From Bugula neritina (taxonomy: Eukaryota; Animalia; Bryozoa), in the NCBI GenBank assembly GCA_964035545.1, contig OZ037769.1, positions 12,120,633-12,184,632 on the forward strand: DNA of 64,000 nt, written 5' to 3'. Positions 41,151 through 53,400 of the stretch are shown one piece after another. Made by a program: the position numbers and the translations under genes. Under the pieces are notes generated by a model. That model was not told the DNA's origin. It saw nothing but the letters and a program-made list of their open reading frames with translations, and searched no databases. Position 1 is the stretch's first letter, and every line of letters starts with the position of its first letter.

Positions 41151-43066
41151 ATACTTGGCAAAGGTCCTTTAACAGTTGTGACTGAAATTGGGCACCTTGG
41201 TCAGAGTGTATCTGTTCGGGTAGGCCGAAGTAGCAGAACACGTTTTGATCCAGGGTCCGAGCCACCGTGGGTGCCGATGCATCGGGAATAGCCAGGGCGT
41301 CCGCCCACCTTGTAAAATGGTCCGTCAAGACCAAAATCCAGGAATTCCCCTTTTCTGTGGTGGGCATTGGTCCCACGAGGTCTATGGCTACGACCTGCCA
41401 GGGTCGGCCGGCGTACAGCCGGCGCCGACCCGTGGTCTCGGTGGGGCGCCCGTGTTTGCTGGCCTGACAGACTTCACAGTGCCGAATTCTCAGTCGCACA
41501 TCCCTGGTCATTCCGGGCCAATACCATCGCATCTGCAGGCATCTGATGACCCGACTGGCTCCCGCATGGGCCTGTTTGTGGGTGTCCCAGATGATTTCCC
41601 GACGGAGAGCGCGTGGGCATACGACGCGATCCCTCTCCTGTTGCCGGTTGTCTGCTGCGAGTGTCATCGTCAGGAGACCGTCTGAACGAATCTGGAGAGA
41701 ATTCCAGCGGCGGCAGAAGAACTGAAACTCAGCGTCCCCCTGCCGTTGCTGTTCCTCCGAGGGCCGTCTGCCTTCTTTCTTGGCTCGGAAGATGTCAGCT
41801 ACTGATCCAGGGAGTGTTTCTTGCAGTCGACACAGCTCCTTGACGTTCTGGTACAGTGTGGGGTTAGCACGGAGTGCCTGGACGTCGTCTGAGTGGGTTT
41901 CAGGCCGAAGATGGCCGTGCTCCCAACGATAGACGTTGCCGTCCCCCAACTGTGCCTCGACGTCAAGGCGGGCAGGTCCCCCATCACGTCTTTCGATGTG
42001 CAGGCATTGCTTGCAGTTCTCTACCGGTCGGCGACTCATGCCATCAGCGTTCCCGTGCTTCCTGCCGGCACGGTGCTCTATCCGGTAGGAAAACTCAGCA
42101 AGAATCTCTAGCCAACGAGCCACCTGACTCGAGGGCTCTGCACGTTTACACAACCATATCAGTGATGCATGGTCTGTTCGCAACCGGAACGTTCTTCCAT
42201 ACAGATATGGCCGAAAGTGCTTGACCGCCTTGACTACTGCTAGGAGTTCCTTCCTAGTGGTGCAGTAGTTTTTCTCGGCGGCCGCGAGAGTCTTGCTGTA
42301 GTAAGCCACGACCACCTCACTTCCACCCTGGACTTGAGACAGAACAGCTCCCACACTGTGGTCGCTGGCGTCGGTGTCCAGGGTGTACTCTTTGGCTGGA
42401 TCAGGATACGCCAGAATCGGCGCCTCCATTAGCCGTTGTTTGAGGTGGTCGAATGCCTGTTGCTCCTCCTGTGTCCACTGCCACTGGACTCCCTTGGCGG
42501 TTAGCCGATTCAAAGGCTGAGCCACCCCTGCAAACCCGGGTACGTACTGCCTGTAGTACCCTACCAGGCCCAGGAATGCCCGCAATTCAGAGAGGTCCCG
42601 GGGGACGGCCCACTCCTTCACAGCCTGTACCTTCTCCGGATCGGTAGCGACCCCGTCACGGCCAACCACATGGCCCAGGTACGTGACTTCTTGCTGTAGG
42701 AGTGCACACTTGGAGGGCTTCAACTTCAGTCCAGCAGCCCGGAGTCGGTCAAAGACCTCCCGCAGACGACTGACATGAGTCGTAAAGTCTGGGGAGATGA
42801 CAATGACGTCATCCAGATAGATTAGGAGGGTCTTCCAGTGTAACCCACTGAGGACCTGCTCCATGAGTCTTTGGAAAGTTGCCGGGGCGGACGTAAGTCC
42901 AAACGGCAGTACTTTCCACTTCCAGAGCCCATCGCGGGTAATGAATGCTGCTTTGTCCTGAGCATCAGGACTGAGGGGTACTTGCCAGTACCCGCTAAGC
43001 AGATCCAGAGTACTGAAGTACTTGCTACCCGCGAGGGCATCCAGAGACTCATCTATCCGCGGGAGG
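41143..43066 (-). CDS. pol: Pol part 2: RT core, RNase H, integrase HHCC and core start
   Basis: [11 protein letters not shown]...LPFGL, YLDD, LDTDASD, ELLAVV, TDH, H-x3-H...C-x2-C, AIDLVGP, IHSDQG. Confidence 0.93.
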
Positions 43067-44600
43067 GGTAAGCGTCCTGGATGGTAACGCTGTTGAGTCT
43101 GCGGTAGTCCACACAGAACCTCCAGCTACCATCCTTCTTCTTGACCAGGACTACTGGAGAGCTCCACGCACCGTGGGCAGGCTCAATCAGATCCCGGTCG
43201 AGAAGATCTTGCACCTGCCGGCTCACCTCCTTCTCCTTCTCCGGGCCCAGACGTCGGGTTGGCTGCCTGATGGGAGTGGTGCCAGCTGCCAGGGGTATCT
43301 CGTGGGAGATAACCTTAGTCAGCCCCATATCTTCATCACCACGGCTGAAGACATCACTGTACTCCGCGAGTAGTTGAGCCAGTGTTTGGCGTTCAGTACT
43401 ACTCGTACAGTTTCCACACGCTCCACTGTACAAGCCAGCCACATGCTCCGGGACTGCTTCTCGGTGGTTGTGAGGGGGGTTTCCCTGGGTGTCGGTCACT
43501 GTTTCCAGTGCCGGACCCACATCCGCCTCATGGATGGAGTGGTACTTCCCCACCAGTGCACCAGCCGATAATCGGACCGATTCCGCAAAGGGGTTGATGC
43601 ATTGCACGAGGAGCTCTCTTCGACAGTCCAGCCGATTTAGGCTGTTTGCCAGTCGAATTGCTCCGTGCGTTCCCTCCACCACCCCCAGTGCGGCGATCTC
43701 CTTGCAGTTGACCCTGCATCGGAGAGTAGCCTGGGATCTCCCTGGAATCGTGCAGTCCTGCACTACCTGGACTCCGCCCACCAAGGGCCTACCAAACTTG
43801 TCCACACAGGCAAGTTCCTTCCCAGCCATCACCACCGCCGACTTCTGGAAATCCATGTGACACTGGTGTTTCTCCAGAAAGGGCATTCCCAGAATGGCGT
43901 CTTCCTTCAGGTGGCTGACAATGAACGTCTCGTGAATTACTTGATCACGGACTCGTCCAGGTAGTGTGATAATGCCGTAGAAGGGGATACACGATCCGTC
44001 CGCCAACGTACCGTGTGCTCCTTCGTATGGCTCGAGGCTCGCCCGCTCTCGGGCGCCAAGGGTGTCGAAGAGACGCCGACTTAGCAGGTTTGTAGTGCAC
44101 CCTGTGTCCAGCAGGAAGGTGGCAGCTTTACCCGAAATTTTTCCGGGCAGGAAGTAGCTGCTTCCATACGGCTGGGTGCTCCTGGGTCGGTCAGTCTCTG
44201 GGGGGGACACCTCTTGGGTCCTTACAGCGGGCCTCCTCTTCGTCTTACAGACAACGGGGGTTTTCTGAGGCTGGGAGGGTAGCTTGGGATACTCTTGCGA
44301 GTAAGCTGATTCTTCCTCCACAGCCTCTTCGGGCAACCTCGCGAACCGGTTTTGGAGTGGCCAGGCCGGAGGATCGGGTAAACCTTGCGGTCTCCGAGAT
44401 CTCCGAGGTGCCTGCCATCCTGCATCTAGGAGTCCCATCCGGGTCGTAGGTGGCTGGGTTGGAGAGTCGGGCAGACCTTGGGGTCTCCGACGTCCCCACG
44501 CAGCCTCGGCTGGCCTGGAAGAGGCTCCTTGGGTCATTTCTTCCCGGATGGGGTTGGCTGGTGGCTCACGGTTGGCGGAGGTTACCGCGAGCCCCGGGTG
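43053..44600 (-). CDS. pol: Pol part 1: spacer, aspartic protease and RT N-terminus
   Basis: FLLDTGC protease motif, [33 protein letters not shown]; frame breaks at DAYP. Confidence 0.92.
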   Translation of the reverse strand, partial: HPGLAVTSANREPPANPIREEMTQGASSRPAEAAWGRRRPQGLPDSPTQPPTTRMGLLDAGWQAPRRSRRPQGLPDPPAWPLQNRFARLPEEAVEEESAYSQEYPKLPSQPQKTPVVCKTKRRPAVRTQEVSPPETDRPRSTQPYGSSYFLPGKISGKAATFLLDTGCTTNLLSRRLFDTLGARERASLEPYEGAHGTLADGSCIPFYGIITLPGRVRDQVIHETFIVSHLKEDAILGMPFLEKHQCHMDFQKSAVVMAGKELACVDKFGRPLVGGVQVVQDCTIPGRSQATLRCRVNCKEIAALGVVEGTHGAIRLANSLNRLDCRRELLVQCINPFAESVRLSAGALVGKYHSIHEADVGPALETVTDTQGNPPHNHREAVPEHVAGLYSGACGNCTSSTERQTLAQLLAEYSDVFSRGDEDMGLTKVISHEIPLAAGTTPIRQPTRRLGPEKEKEVSRQVQDLLDRDLIEPAHGAWSSPVVLVKKKDGSWRFCVDYRRLNSVTIQDAYPSRG

Positions 44601-44606
44601 TTTAAA
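44563..44606 (-). promoter_or_regulatory. -1 programmed ribosomal frameshift signal (gag to pol)
   Basis: Slippery T_TTA_AAC (44606-44600) in gag frame, 6-nt spacer, 10-bp stem GGCTCGCGGT/ACCGTGAGCC; pol is in the -1 frame relative to gag. Confidence 0.88.
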
Positions 44607-45532
44607 GGCATCCTTCTTTCGTGAGGGCATTGCCTTCGTACATGTCCCCTGGCACCACACCCCCAGCAGGTGAGGTGGGTAGTACCGGCTGGTTCACCCC
44701 GGGGTCGGGGGTTTCGTTTATCAGCCTGTTCTCTCTGCATCTGTTTCATCTCTGCCTGCAATCCCTTTACCATGTCCATCAGCATGGTCATCTGGTCAGG
44801 TGACGAAGTAGTAGCAGCCGCCACGGCCTGTGGGTTTGGCTGATCCGGCTTAGCGACTTCGGGTCGTTCCTCAATCTGACAAGCGGTGAAATCCGCACAT
44901 TGAGGTCCCTCCACTTGGTAGTAAGCCTTGCCCAGGGCTAAGGCTTCCTCTATAGTGGTGACCTTGGCTGCCAAGTAATAACGCTGTAGTCCAGGGTTAT
45001 TGATTGTGTGGAAGAAGGCTTCATACACAGCACCTCTTTGTGCTGCCGGTGTGTCGTCGCTATGGGCTACTGGTACTAGTGCCTCAATAGCGTTCGCATG
45101 GTCTTGGAGTGAGGTCTTCCGGTCTCGGCGTATGGTGCGCAATCTGTCCCTGGCGGCGCGGGCGGTTAGCCCGAAACGCGACCTGAGGGCCTGAAAGATG
45201 TGCGCTGTATTGGGTCCCAGAGCATAACTCTTTGCCTGACCTGTCAGACAGGTACGGAGGTGAAGAAGGCGCACCGGTGCCGGCCATTCGGCGAGGGTGG
45301 CTACCTCTTCAAACTCCCTGATGAATTGCTCTATGTCCCCATCGCCTCCGAAAATCGGGGGCCTCAGGCGATACCTGTCTCCAGGTGCTGCCTGCCCGGC
45401 CTTGCTGACCTCCCGGAGGGCTGCGATGAGAGTCTCCATGGTGAGACGGTCCCCTTCTCCTTCTTCTTCTCCTTCTACCATGACTTCTTCTTCTCCTTCT
45501 ACCATGACTTCTGCTTCTCCTTCGTCCCCCAT
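44582..45532 (-). CDS. gag: Gag (316 aa) with a C-terminal CCHC zinc knuckle
   Basis: Intact ORF after the PBS; capsid-like [15 protein letters not shown] motif; [14 protein letters not shown] knuckle. Confidence 0.93.
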   Translation of the reverse strand: MGDEGEAEVMVEGEEEVMVEGEEEGEGDRLTMETLIAALREVSKAGQAAPGDRYRLRPPIFGGDGDIEQFIREFEEVATLAEWPAPVRLLHLRTCLTGQAKSYALGPNTAHIFQALRSRFGLTARAARDRLRTIRRDRKTSLQDHANAIEALVPVAHSDDTPAAQRGAVYEAFFHTINNPGLQRYYLAAKVTTIEEALALGKAYYQVEGPQCADFTACQIEERPEVAKPDQPNPQAVAAATTSSPDQMTMLMDMVKGLQAEMKQMQREQADKRNPRPRGEPAGTTHLTCWGCGARGHVRRQCPHERRMPLNTRGSR

Positions 45533-45584
45533 TGTGCTGTTCTTTCTTTCTCTCTAATGGCTGCTTGTCGTACTAGTCTATTCT

Positions 45585-45603
45585 AATCCCACCGCTGCCA
45601 CCA
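45585..45603 (-). promoter_or_regulatory. Primer-binding site, tRNA-Leu type
   Basis: TGGTGGCAGCGGTGGGATT, 1 nt inside the 5' LTR, complementary to the tRNA-Leu(AAG/TAG) 3' end ...AATCCCACCGCTGCCA-CCA. Confidence 0.9.
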
Positions 45604-45604
45604 A

Positions 45605-46187
45605 TGTTGTGATTTTGTGGATTATAAGAATAGACTAGTAGTCTGCATGCCAGTTATTGTGAGAGAAATAAAGAGTCTTGATTAAAATGAATCTATGAGT
45701 ATTTATTTCTTCTGACTGCTTCGAGCTCCAGTACAAGAATGAATCAACTTTGAAAAGCTTCGCACTTATATAGGGGGGAATTCCCGCCACTAATGAGGGG
45801 CCGAAACTCGTGCGAATGTCGGGGTTCCGCCGACCGACATCGGAGGGAGTACTGCCCGATCTCGGGCAGGTCCCTCCGACATCGTGTCTTCGGTCTCCGA
45901 CTTCGCACGAGTCTCGGCTTACATATAATAAAAAAAAGAAACGAGTGCGAGGGAATACAATTCACAAAAACTATTACAGTAAACAAACAAAAATAATAGG
46001 AAGGGCAATTCACAATCATTACGCTATTTACTCCACTAAGCTTAGCTATAATTACAATATTTGAGGCATTAGAAAGCTACGCAAGGAGCTTAGCTATAAT
46101 TATAGCATTTACAGTATTTACAAAGTTACGCTAAGTCCATTATAATAGTGACGCGATATAATTACTAGAGCGTTAAAATCCATTACA
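45605..46187 (-). repeat. 5' LTR (583 bp); TATA-like TATATAAG on - strand at 45765-45772
   Basis: Direct repeat of 39247-39829 at offset 6358; no differences seen by eye, and the ORF-track translations in both copies are identical. Confidence 0.97.
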
Positions 46188-46855
46188 GTATCATCAAAAT
46201 AACACTTTGCTATGAAACTTGCTTGGTAATTTTGTGAAAAAAATACCAAGTTTCAAGATAGAAATCAAGAGCTTTTCTAAATAAAAGTCTTACTATATTT
46301 CTCAAATTTTGAAAAAGATTATTAAACAAATGAAAAATAGATGTGTGGCATAATAGCATAAATAAATCAACTTTAAATATACGTAAATCAACCATCTTTT
46401 GGATAAACATTATATTGTCAACAGCATTTCTATCACAGAATGAAATTTATAAAAATAAAAGTACTGCACAGGTCCAAGAATAAATAAATAAATTACCTTG
46501 TGGATAAAATCATAAAATACTCCAGTACATAATCTCAAGGCAAGTGCACAAAAAGGCCACATCGAGAATATTTCTGAGTTTATGAACCAAAATATAAATT
46601 CCAATGAGGCGTTTTTGTACTGATTATCAACTCAATTAACCTGAATAACGCATAAAGGAACAGTTAAACTGCAATAAGCTATATAGCAACTTAGAAACTG
46701 GTCAGCATATTTAGCGGTCAATTTTGAGCAATGCATTGTGGAAATCGTGTGACCAGCAGTGGTTTACAGCCACATGCAACACAATCAGTTTTATAATAAG
46801 TAATGTCAACCAACACAATCATACAACCAAGCTATTGAATATGAATTCTAAACTA

Positions 46856-49800
46856 TAGTCTAGAAGTAACCTCCCAAAAAGTGCTCAAAAAATTGGCTTA
46901 TTACACTTTACTAGGTGGCCACTCAAAAAAAGTTGTTTCTAGATCAAAATTCTGTGCTGATTCTGAATCTACAAACTCTAGAATTCTATCTCTACCCAAA
47001 CTCAAGTTATTGCAAAAAACAAGTCGGCGTTTTAGATGGGTGATAAAAAGAAATGTGGATTGTGCCAAATAGTATCCAATTTTATCAAGCTATCTTGAAA
47101 AAGAAAAATTTGATGAAATACCAAAAATAATTGTCTCTTACTTAAAATACTATGCTGATATTGAATTTAAAGACTGCAAGACGCTATCTATAATTAAAAC
47201 CAAGTTGTTTATATAAACATATATGTTTGTTATGAATCGACATATTGCATGAGGCATAAGCATGCAGAATAATAATTGTATGACCAAGCTATTTATACAA
47301 AATGAAAAAATGTCATGCTGATGTGTGAAAAAACTATATTTATAAAATTATAGTACAAAATAAATGTTGAAATGAATAAATATTGAAATCTTTTGAGCAC
47401 AGCCCAAGTGAATCATTTGCTAGTCTGTCGGTAGCCGTTAAATGTCTGCAAAAATTAATAATATTCTGTAAAATTATTTAGAGGAACGGAAGCATGAGAG
47501 ATGATCAAAATCAAATTGCTTGCAGCAAAATATATAACAAAGGTCTAAAAATAGTGATTTATTCTGAAAAAGTATTTTCGCCATCATTTTCACTGCCGTC
47601 AGTCTCATCAGCTTCTTCCCCAATATAGAGCTTCTTTTCAGACAATCCTTACATTGACAAACATCAGTGCATGCACTGCATTAAAGACTTTTGACATCCC
47701 CATCTTGATATGTTGCAGCTGGTCTTACAGGAGCAGTTTAAACTTTGCAATATACATGTTCAGGTGCGGGAGCTTGAATCATTCACTTTATATTTATGCT
47801 GCCATGGTTCTCAACAATCTACCCATAATGTTCTGGAGGTGGAGCATCAATATAGGCTGTTGTCACCCTTCTCCAAATGGCTGCCTGATAATTTGCTCTT
47901 TTTAAGTGCAAATTTAATTCATCTTTTGTTGGAAGCAAACTCTATTAAGTTATTTTAAACGGTGAACAAAATACAGTGTATCGGACATTATCTATATTTA
48001 AATTTCCTGCTCCATAAAGTTTATAGACAAATTGTTCTACTTCAGCCACTGTAATGGCTGGCAGCTTAACATACTTCCCAAGGTGTTCAAAGCTTCCCAT
48101 ATATTATGGATATTTTCTCAAAAGAGAGTAGGCTGTGCGCTACTATCCTTTTCCATAAAAAGCACTATAGTCGAATCACAACCTGTTAAAGCATGAAATC
48201 TAGTAAGTGCTGCACACAACTGCGGTTTGGATTTATTTGCTGCAATGTTGACATCGAAATACCTAATATGATTATGGTTTCCTCCCAGATAGACGCTGTT
48301 TTTATTTTCTTACCATATATTATATTACTATTACCTATATAACTGATGAATTGATTGCTAAATAGCTAATATGCTAATAGCTATAGTAGCTAACATGAAT
48401 TATCTAGAATAATATTCTATTATTTTTCTAATTTGTGTGGAACAAAAAGTAGTAATACATTAATAATAGACACTTTCTTTAATCGATACTTATTAACAAA
48501 ATATCTTTTCAAGCAACAGGCAAGATGTATAAAATATACAAAATTAATAAGTTAATGCAAATCAAAGAAGTTTATTTATGTGCTAAATAACAAGCAATTG
48601 ATCCAAGTTTATTTAAATATACATATATTTCAATAATATTAAAATAGGTTGCACATGAAAATACATTTTACCAAAATTTAGCCTAGCCTCTATTTGGCAT
48701 GACACCGTGATTACCACACCCGTGAAAAAATATAATTGGTAAGAAGGTAATGTTTTGCAAATAGCGAGACTTAAAATGAAGGATTGAGATTTGATTGTTA
48801 CACGCGAGATTATGATGTTCATAAGATATTTTGCATGTAACAAAGTTTGTGTATCTGCTTTCTCATGATCTAATTGTAAGCATTTGAGTTGTGCTTCCTT
48901 AGGAATTCTACCATGTTTGAAAAATTAAAGATGAACACATTTTTTTTGATATGCGTCAACTATAATTACAATATTGTTCTCTAAAATATTTTTACTCCAT
49001 GTTTCACACAAAAATGTCTCAAACTCAGCTTGTTTTATTTGCTAATAAGAAATTATTATTTTTGTGACAAATGGCACACATGAAAAAAGTACATGCCTAT
49101 GATCTTTGAATAAGGCAGCCCAAAATCATTTTTCTAATGGGTGGCCTAAATATAACCATTATATATATTTTAAATTATAGGGAAGCTTTAGGGTATTTCT
49201 TCTGTAACTATAACTGAGATAAATTGACGCTAGAGTCATTATATCAAGATAGTATAGAAATATGCATTTCAACCAATAGCATTGTGTTAAAAACCAAATT
49301 GCTTGTTTATATATAGTTCAGTCTAAATTTATTGGCAAAGCTCAATTGTACACATTTAAAATATTATCTCCCGGAGTCCAGACCAACCTGCTTATGCTTC
49401 TCATTACTTTTTTGTAAAAGTAGTTATTATAATAAAAATTGTGAAGAAAATCATTATCAGACACAGATTTACTTATAATATCGCCTTTTTTATAGCCGAT
49501 CAATAATAATGTTTGGCTTATAACTAATAAACCTATTCCTTTGTTTGTTTTCGTCCATATAATCCACTTTTTTTTCAGATTTTTTCACAAGAAAATCACT
49601 AGAATTAAACTCAGAGAAGTGAAAAACACATTTATTATTATCTGCAACAGTTTTTGCTTGTATATATAATAAACTAGCTTCAATAATTTCAAGATGATAT
49701 ATAATGGATTTGGACAAAGTTGTGGGGAAACAACTCCTGTAACATTTTAAAGAGGTTTTGTGGCTAACTGGGTGGACAGAAAAATTTAGAGTTTTTATAA

Positions 49801-50094
49801 CAGAAAAGTGAAAAGAGTATCTATAATTATCAGCAAAATTATTTTGCTTATATAAAATAAATTAGCTTGAATAATTCCAAAATATTTAGCTGATTCACAA
49901 AAACGTTAAGAGAAAACAACTCCTGATCAATTTTAAAAATTTAAAGTGCTTTTGTGGCTAACTGGGTGCACAGAACAGTCTAGAGTTTTCACAGATTAAT
50001 TAGGACCCTTCAAACTCTCTATTTCTAAAAAAGTTGCGTGGCCACCCCTCCAAGTGTAATGAGTGAAAGATAATTGGAGGTTACTTCTAGACTA
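46856..50094 (-). mobile_element. Degraded Academ-like DNA transposon (~3.2 kb)
   Basis: Perfect 19-bp TIRs TAGTCTAGAAGTAACCTCC (46856-46874 / 50076-50094) flanked by CTA on both sides; internal - strand remnants IRYFDV...LCAALTRFHALTGCDS (48198-48175 encodes FHALTGCD) and Cys-rich CSCKTSC...CTDVCQCKDC. Confidence 0.75.
47620..48290 (-). pseudogene. Frameshifted transposon protein remnant (XPG-like H3TH FHALTGCD motif plus C-terminal Cys cluster)
   Basis: Motifs readable only in pieces; stops and frameshifts in between. Confidence 0.7.
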
Positions 50095-50433
50095 CTACCC
50101 TCGTTATTAGATAAATAAAAGGTTTAAATGTAGGCAGACAACTCCAATATATATATAACACCCATAAAACAGAGCAGCGTTCAAAGGTATGCACCAGCTT
50201 TGTTTCAACTGTGATCATTCGATTCAGTTGTTTTTTATCAACTCAACATACAGATATATCTAATGCCAGTCATCTTGCAACACTGCATTTGTTTGAAAGA
50301 ACCGACCAGAAAGACTTGGAGAAATATTACCCTTCAGCATTGAATTTAATACTATGCTTGTGGGATCACTTCCACTGGCATTTTTTAAAAAACTCCTTGC
50401 TTTGGACAATCACTTCAGCAGCTAGGTAGAACT

Positions 50434-53400
50434 CATAGGAATCTACAACATAGACATGAGCTCTAAGAAATTAGAACCAACAAATTCAATAATGAATCTA
50501 ACCATATTTTAGATTAGGTATCACAGTAAATATTAATAACATTCAGTAGTCTGCTGCAGTGGCTATTTATAAACACTATTAGACATGACAGATTCGGATA
50601 TAATCATACCTTCTAGAAGATTCCACTTTCAAAGCTCCAATTTCATACTTGAGTCTGCACACCTCCATGCTGAGTTGGTTATTCTCATCTTTGAGTCGAA
50701 GCTCTTCCTCTTCAGAGGTACAAATACTCAGTCTCATTACTTCAACTACAATCATGTAAAACTAAACCGTGTAGCGTTTTCATAAAAACCACAAGCTCTA
50801 TAAAAAAAGAATTTAACTTTTTGTGTAATCATACTTTGCCGTTGTAGTTGACCGAACAGAAGCTGTGATGTATCTCTGTAAGTTTTGTTGGAGATAAGAA
50901 AAGAGCCGTCATCAAATTGAGCAGTTTTGTTCATTTCTAGCTTATACTTATCAAGTTTTTTCTTTAGCTGACCGTTTTCAGATTGAGCCTGATTCAATCT
51001 CATCTCCAAGATTGAGTTCTGTGATTTACATTTTGACCTAAATACAAAAAATAGCTTTATGGCCTACACTCCATTCTACACCCAACCAAGAGCAAGTTTT
51101 ACAATGCAATACTTGGCTAAGGTCACACCAAAAGTGAGCTTTGCACTTCATATTCCGATGCCATAGAATTTATAGCTTTATATACAGGAAATGACATACA
51201 TATTGGCATGAAATTTAAAAAATAAACAAATAATTCTTGTTTCCAGGATTTTATTTTACTGTGCTACTGAAATCTGCCGCCTTCTGTTCTTGTTAGATGA
51301 CTATTATTAATGCTAAGTATTGTTACAGTGAGTATCTACTAGCAAATGTTTTATAATTTCTATGTATTAGGCTCACAACACTAACACTTACAACTCAGAG
51401 TTTAAAGAGCTCAACTTTCTCTCTCCTGACGTCTCATTTTCCTGAAGATTGTCCTGGCATGATGCAAGACAACTCCGTGCTTCCAACACCTTAAAAAGTA
51501 AGCTGCTTCATTATCAAAATTATCTCACTAAGGCATTGCTTTGATGTACAAGTACGCTATGTATGGAGATCTATATTAAATGCTAAATAGATAATACACT
51601 GGAATTGTAAATTTAGAAATTTAGAAAAGAGCTACTTGTAATCTAACAATTGAGGTCAGCATTTAGGTGAAGGTCACACAAGAGTGAAAGAATGCAGGCA
51701 TCTTGGTGACAGTTTAATGCAAAGAGATGCGCTATGTAGTATTTGGTTCCACACAACTACCAGTTTTCTACACAAGCTAAGCCATATTTCTGTTCATTAG
51801 TAAATGTTGTAAATTATACCTCCTTTTGAAGGCTTTGAATAACCTCAGAATTTTCTGCCAGTGATGCGGAAAGCTGGTTTTTGTCTTTATTCAAATGGTT
51901 GATCTCTTGAGAGAGTAGTTTCACTTTCTCTTCAGCCATTTTGCTAGTCTGCATTAAGATATTTTACATACCATTACTGTTTGCAGTAGAGGTAACTTAG
52001 TAACGTACACAGCCTCATAGGATATAGATATATGATATACAGTTGTGCCCAACAAATCTGAATGCATAATATACACAAGATTTCTGGCACAGTTCCCACC
52101 TGTTCAGCTTGTCTCAACTGTTTCTCCAACTGTTTACACTGTTTACAGGATGAGTTCTTACGTCTATTCATCACAGATTCCTGGAAATACACAACTTTTA
52201 GCTGTAGAAAAAACTAGTAGGTACTATACAGTAACATCCTACAAAGTAACATATATAATGCACATTATTTATTGTATTACAGTGGTGATCTTAATTATGG
52301 GACCGCTCAAAATAAAGTTATAATTTATTAGTAATTAATAATTTGCTCAATATTTATAAGGTGATATAGGTTAATATGCATATCAATGGAAAGCTAAATA
52401 TGTTCTCTACAAGAATATTTTAAAAAATCAGCAGATTTCAGTTTTGTAGTACAGTTTTGGGCCAATATATACTCATCTTAGTATTAAAATTGAAAACTCT
52501 AGTAAAATTGCAACTTATTTTTTTTCAAAAATTGCAATGATTTCTGCTTTTTTTTTAACATAACTCTTTGAAATTAAAGTGGTGGCCCTAAAAAGGGTCT
52601 ATGGGGTTATTAGATGCATCCTAATATTTTGTTGGCAACCCTTGTTGTCAATCACAGCTCGACAGCGTTTGGCATGCTGGCAACAAGTTTGGAGAGCAGT
52701 TCCGAGGATACCACTCGGAACCAGGACTGTATAATGAGCTCAATTAGTTTTCTGTTGGTTGTTGGCTTGTTTTTGCAATCATTTGACCAATCTTACACCA
52801 TAAATTTTCAATTGAATTGAGATCCGGTGATTGGGCAGGCCAGCTGAGAGATCTCACGTCACGGGCTTCCCTCCACTTCTTGACCTTCTTGGCTGCATTG
52901 CAAGGTGTGTTATCCTGTTGGTACAGCCATGGTCCATGAAAGAGATCTCTTGCTGATGAAAACCCCACTTTCTCCAACACATCACAGTATTTAGTAGCAC
53001 TCATCATGCCTTCGACAACATAAAGTCCACCAGGACCACTCGCTGCAAAGCACCTCCATACCATGACAAAAGTCGGATGTTTAATGAACGCCAGAAGGGC
53101 GCATGTCTGGCCTGGGCTAAAGAACACTTGACATAGACACCCCAGCAGTGGCAATAAGTTTTTTGTAGTAATAAAAATACATTTAATATCTTGGCCTGCA
53201 GTGAAGAGTTTGAGCCAAACTGTATTCTTCCAACCATTAAATATTCAACTTCCGCCACGGTCATGGGTGCTTGGCAGCAAATGGTCCTCCTGGTGGACTT
53301 CATGTTGTTGAAGGCATAATGAGTGCTACTAAATACTGTAATGTGTTGGAGAAAGTAATGCTTCCATCAGTAAGAGATCTTTTTCATGGATAACGCATTT

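Larger units (their letters stand above)
39247..46187 (-). mobile_element. Full-length Ty3/Gypsy LTR retrotransposon (6941 bp), no env
   Basis: Two 583-bp TG...CA direct repeats; 4-bp TSD GTAT (39243-39246 and 46188-46191); gag-PR-RT-RH-IN order on - strand; PBS and PPT in expected positions. Confidence 0.98.

Noticed and set aside
40017-45586. + strand ORFs antisense to gag-pol; possible env
   Set aside because: Expected shadow ORFs of GC-rich coding DNA; pol ends ~90 bp from the PPT/LTR, leaving no room for env
52744-53154. Functional Tc1 transposase ORF
   Set aside because: Only the C-terminal half; no DNA-binding domain, first catalytic Asp region degenerate, with stops and frameshifts
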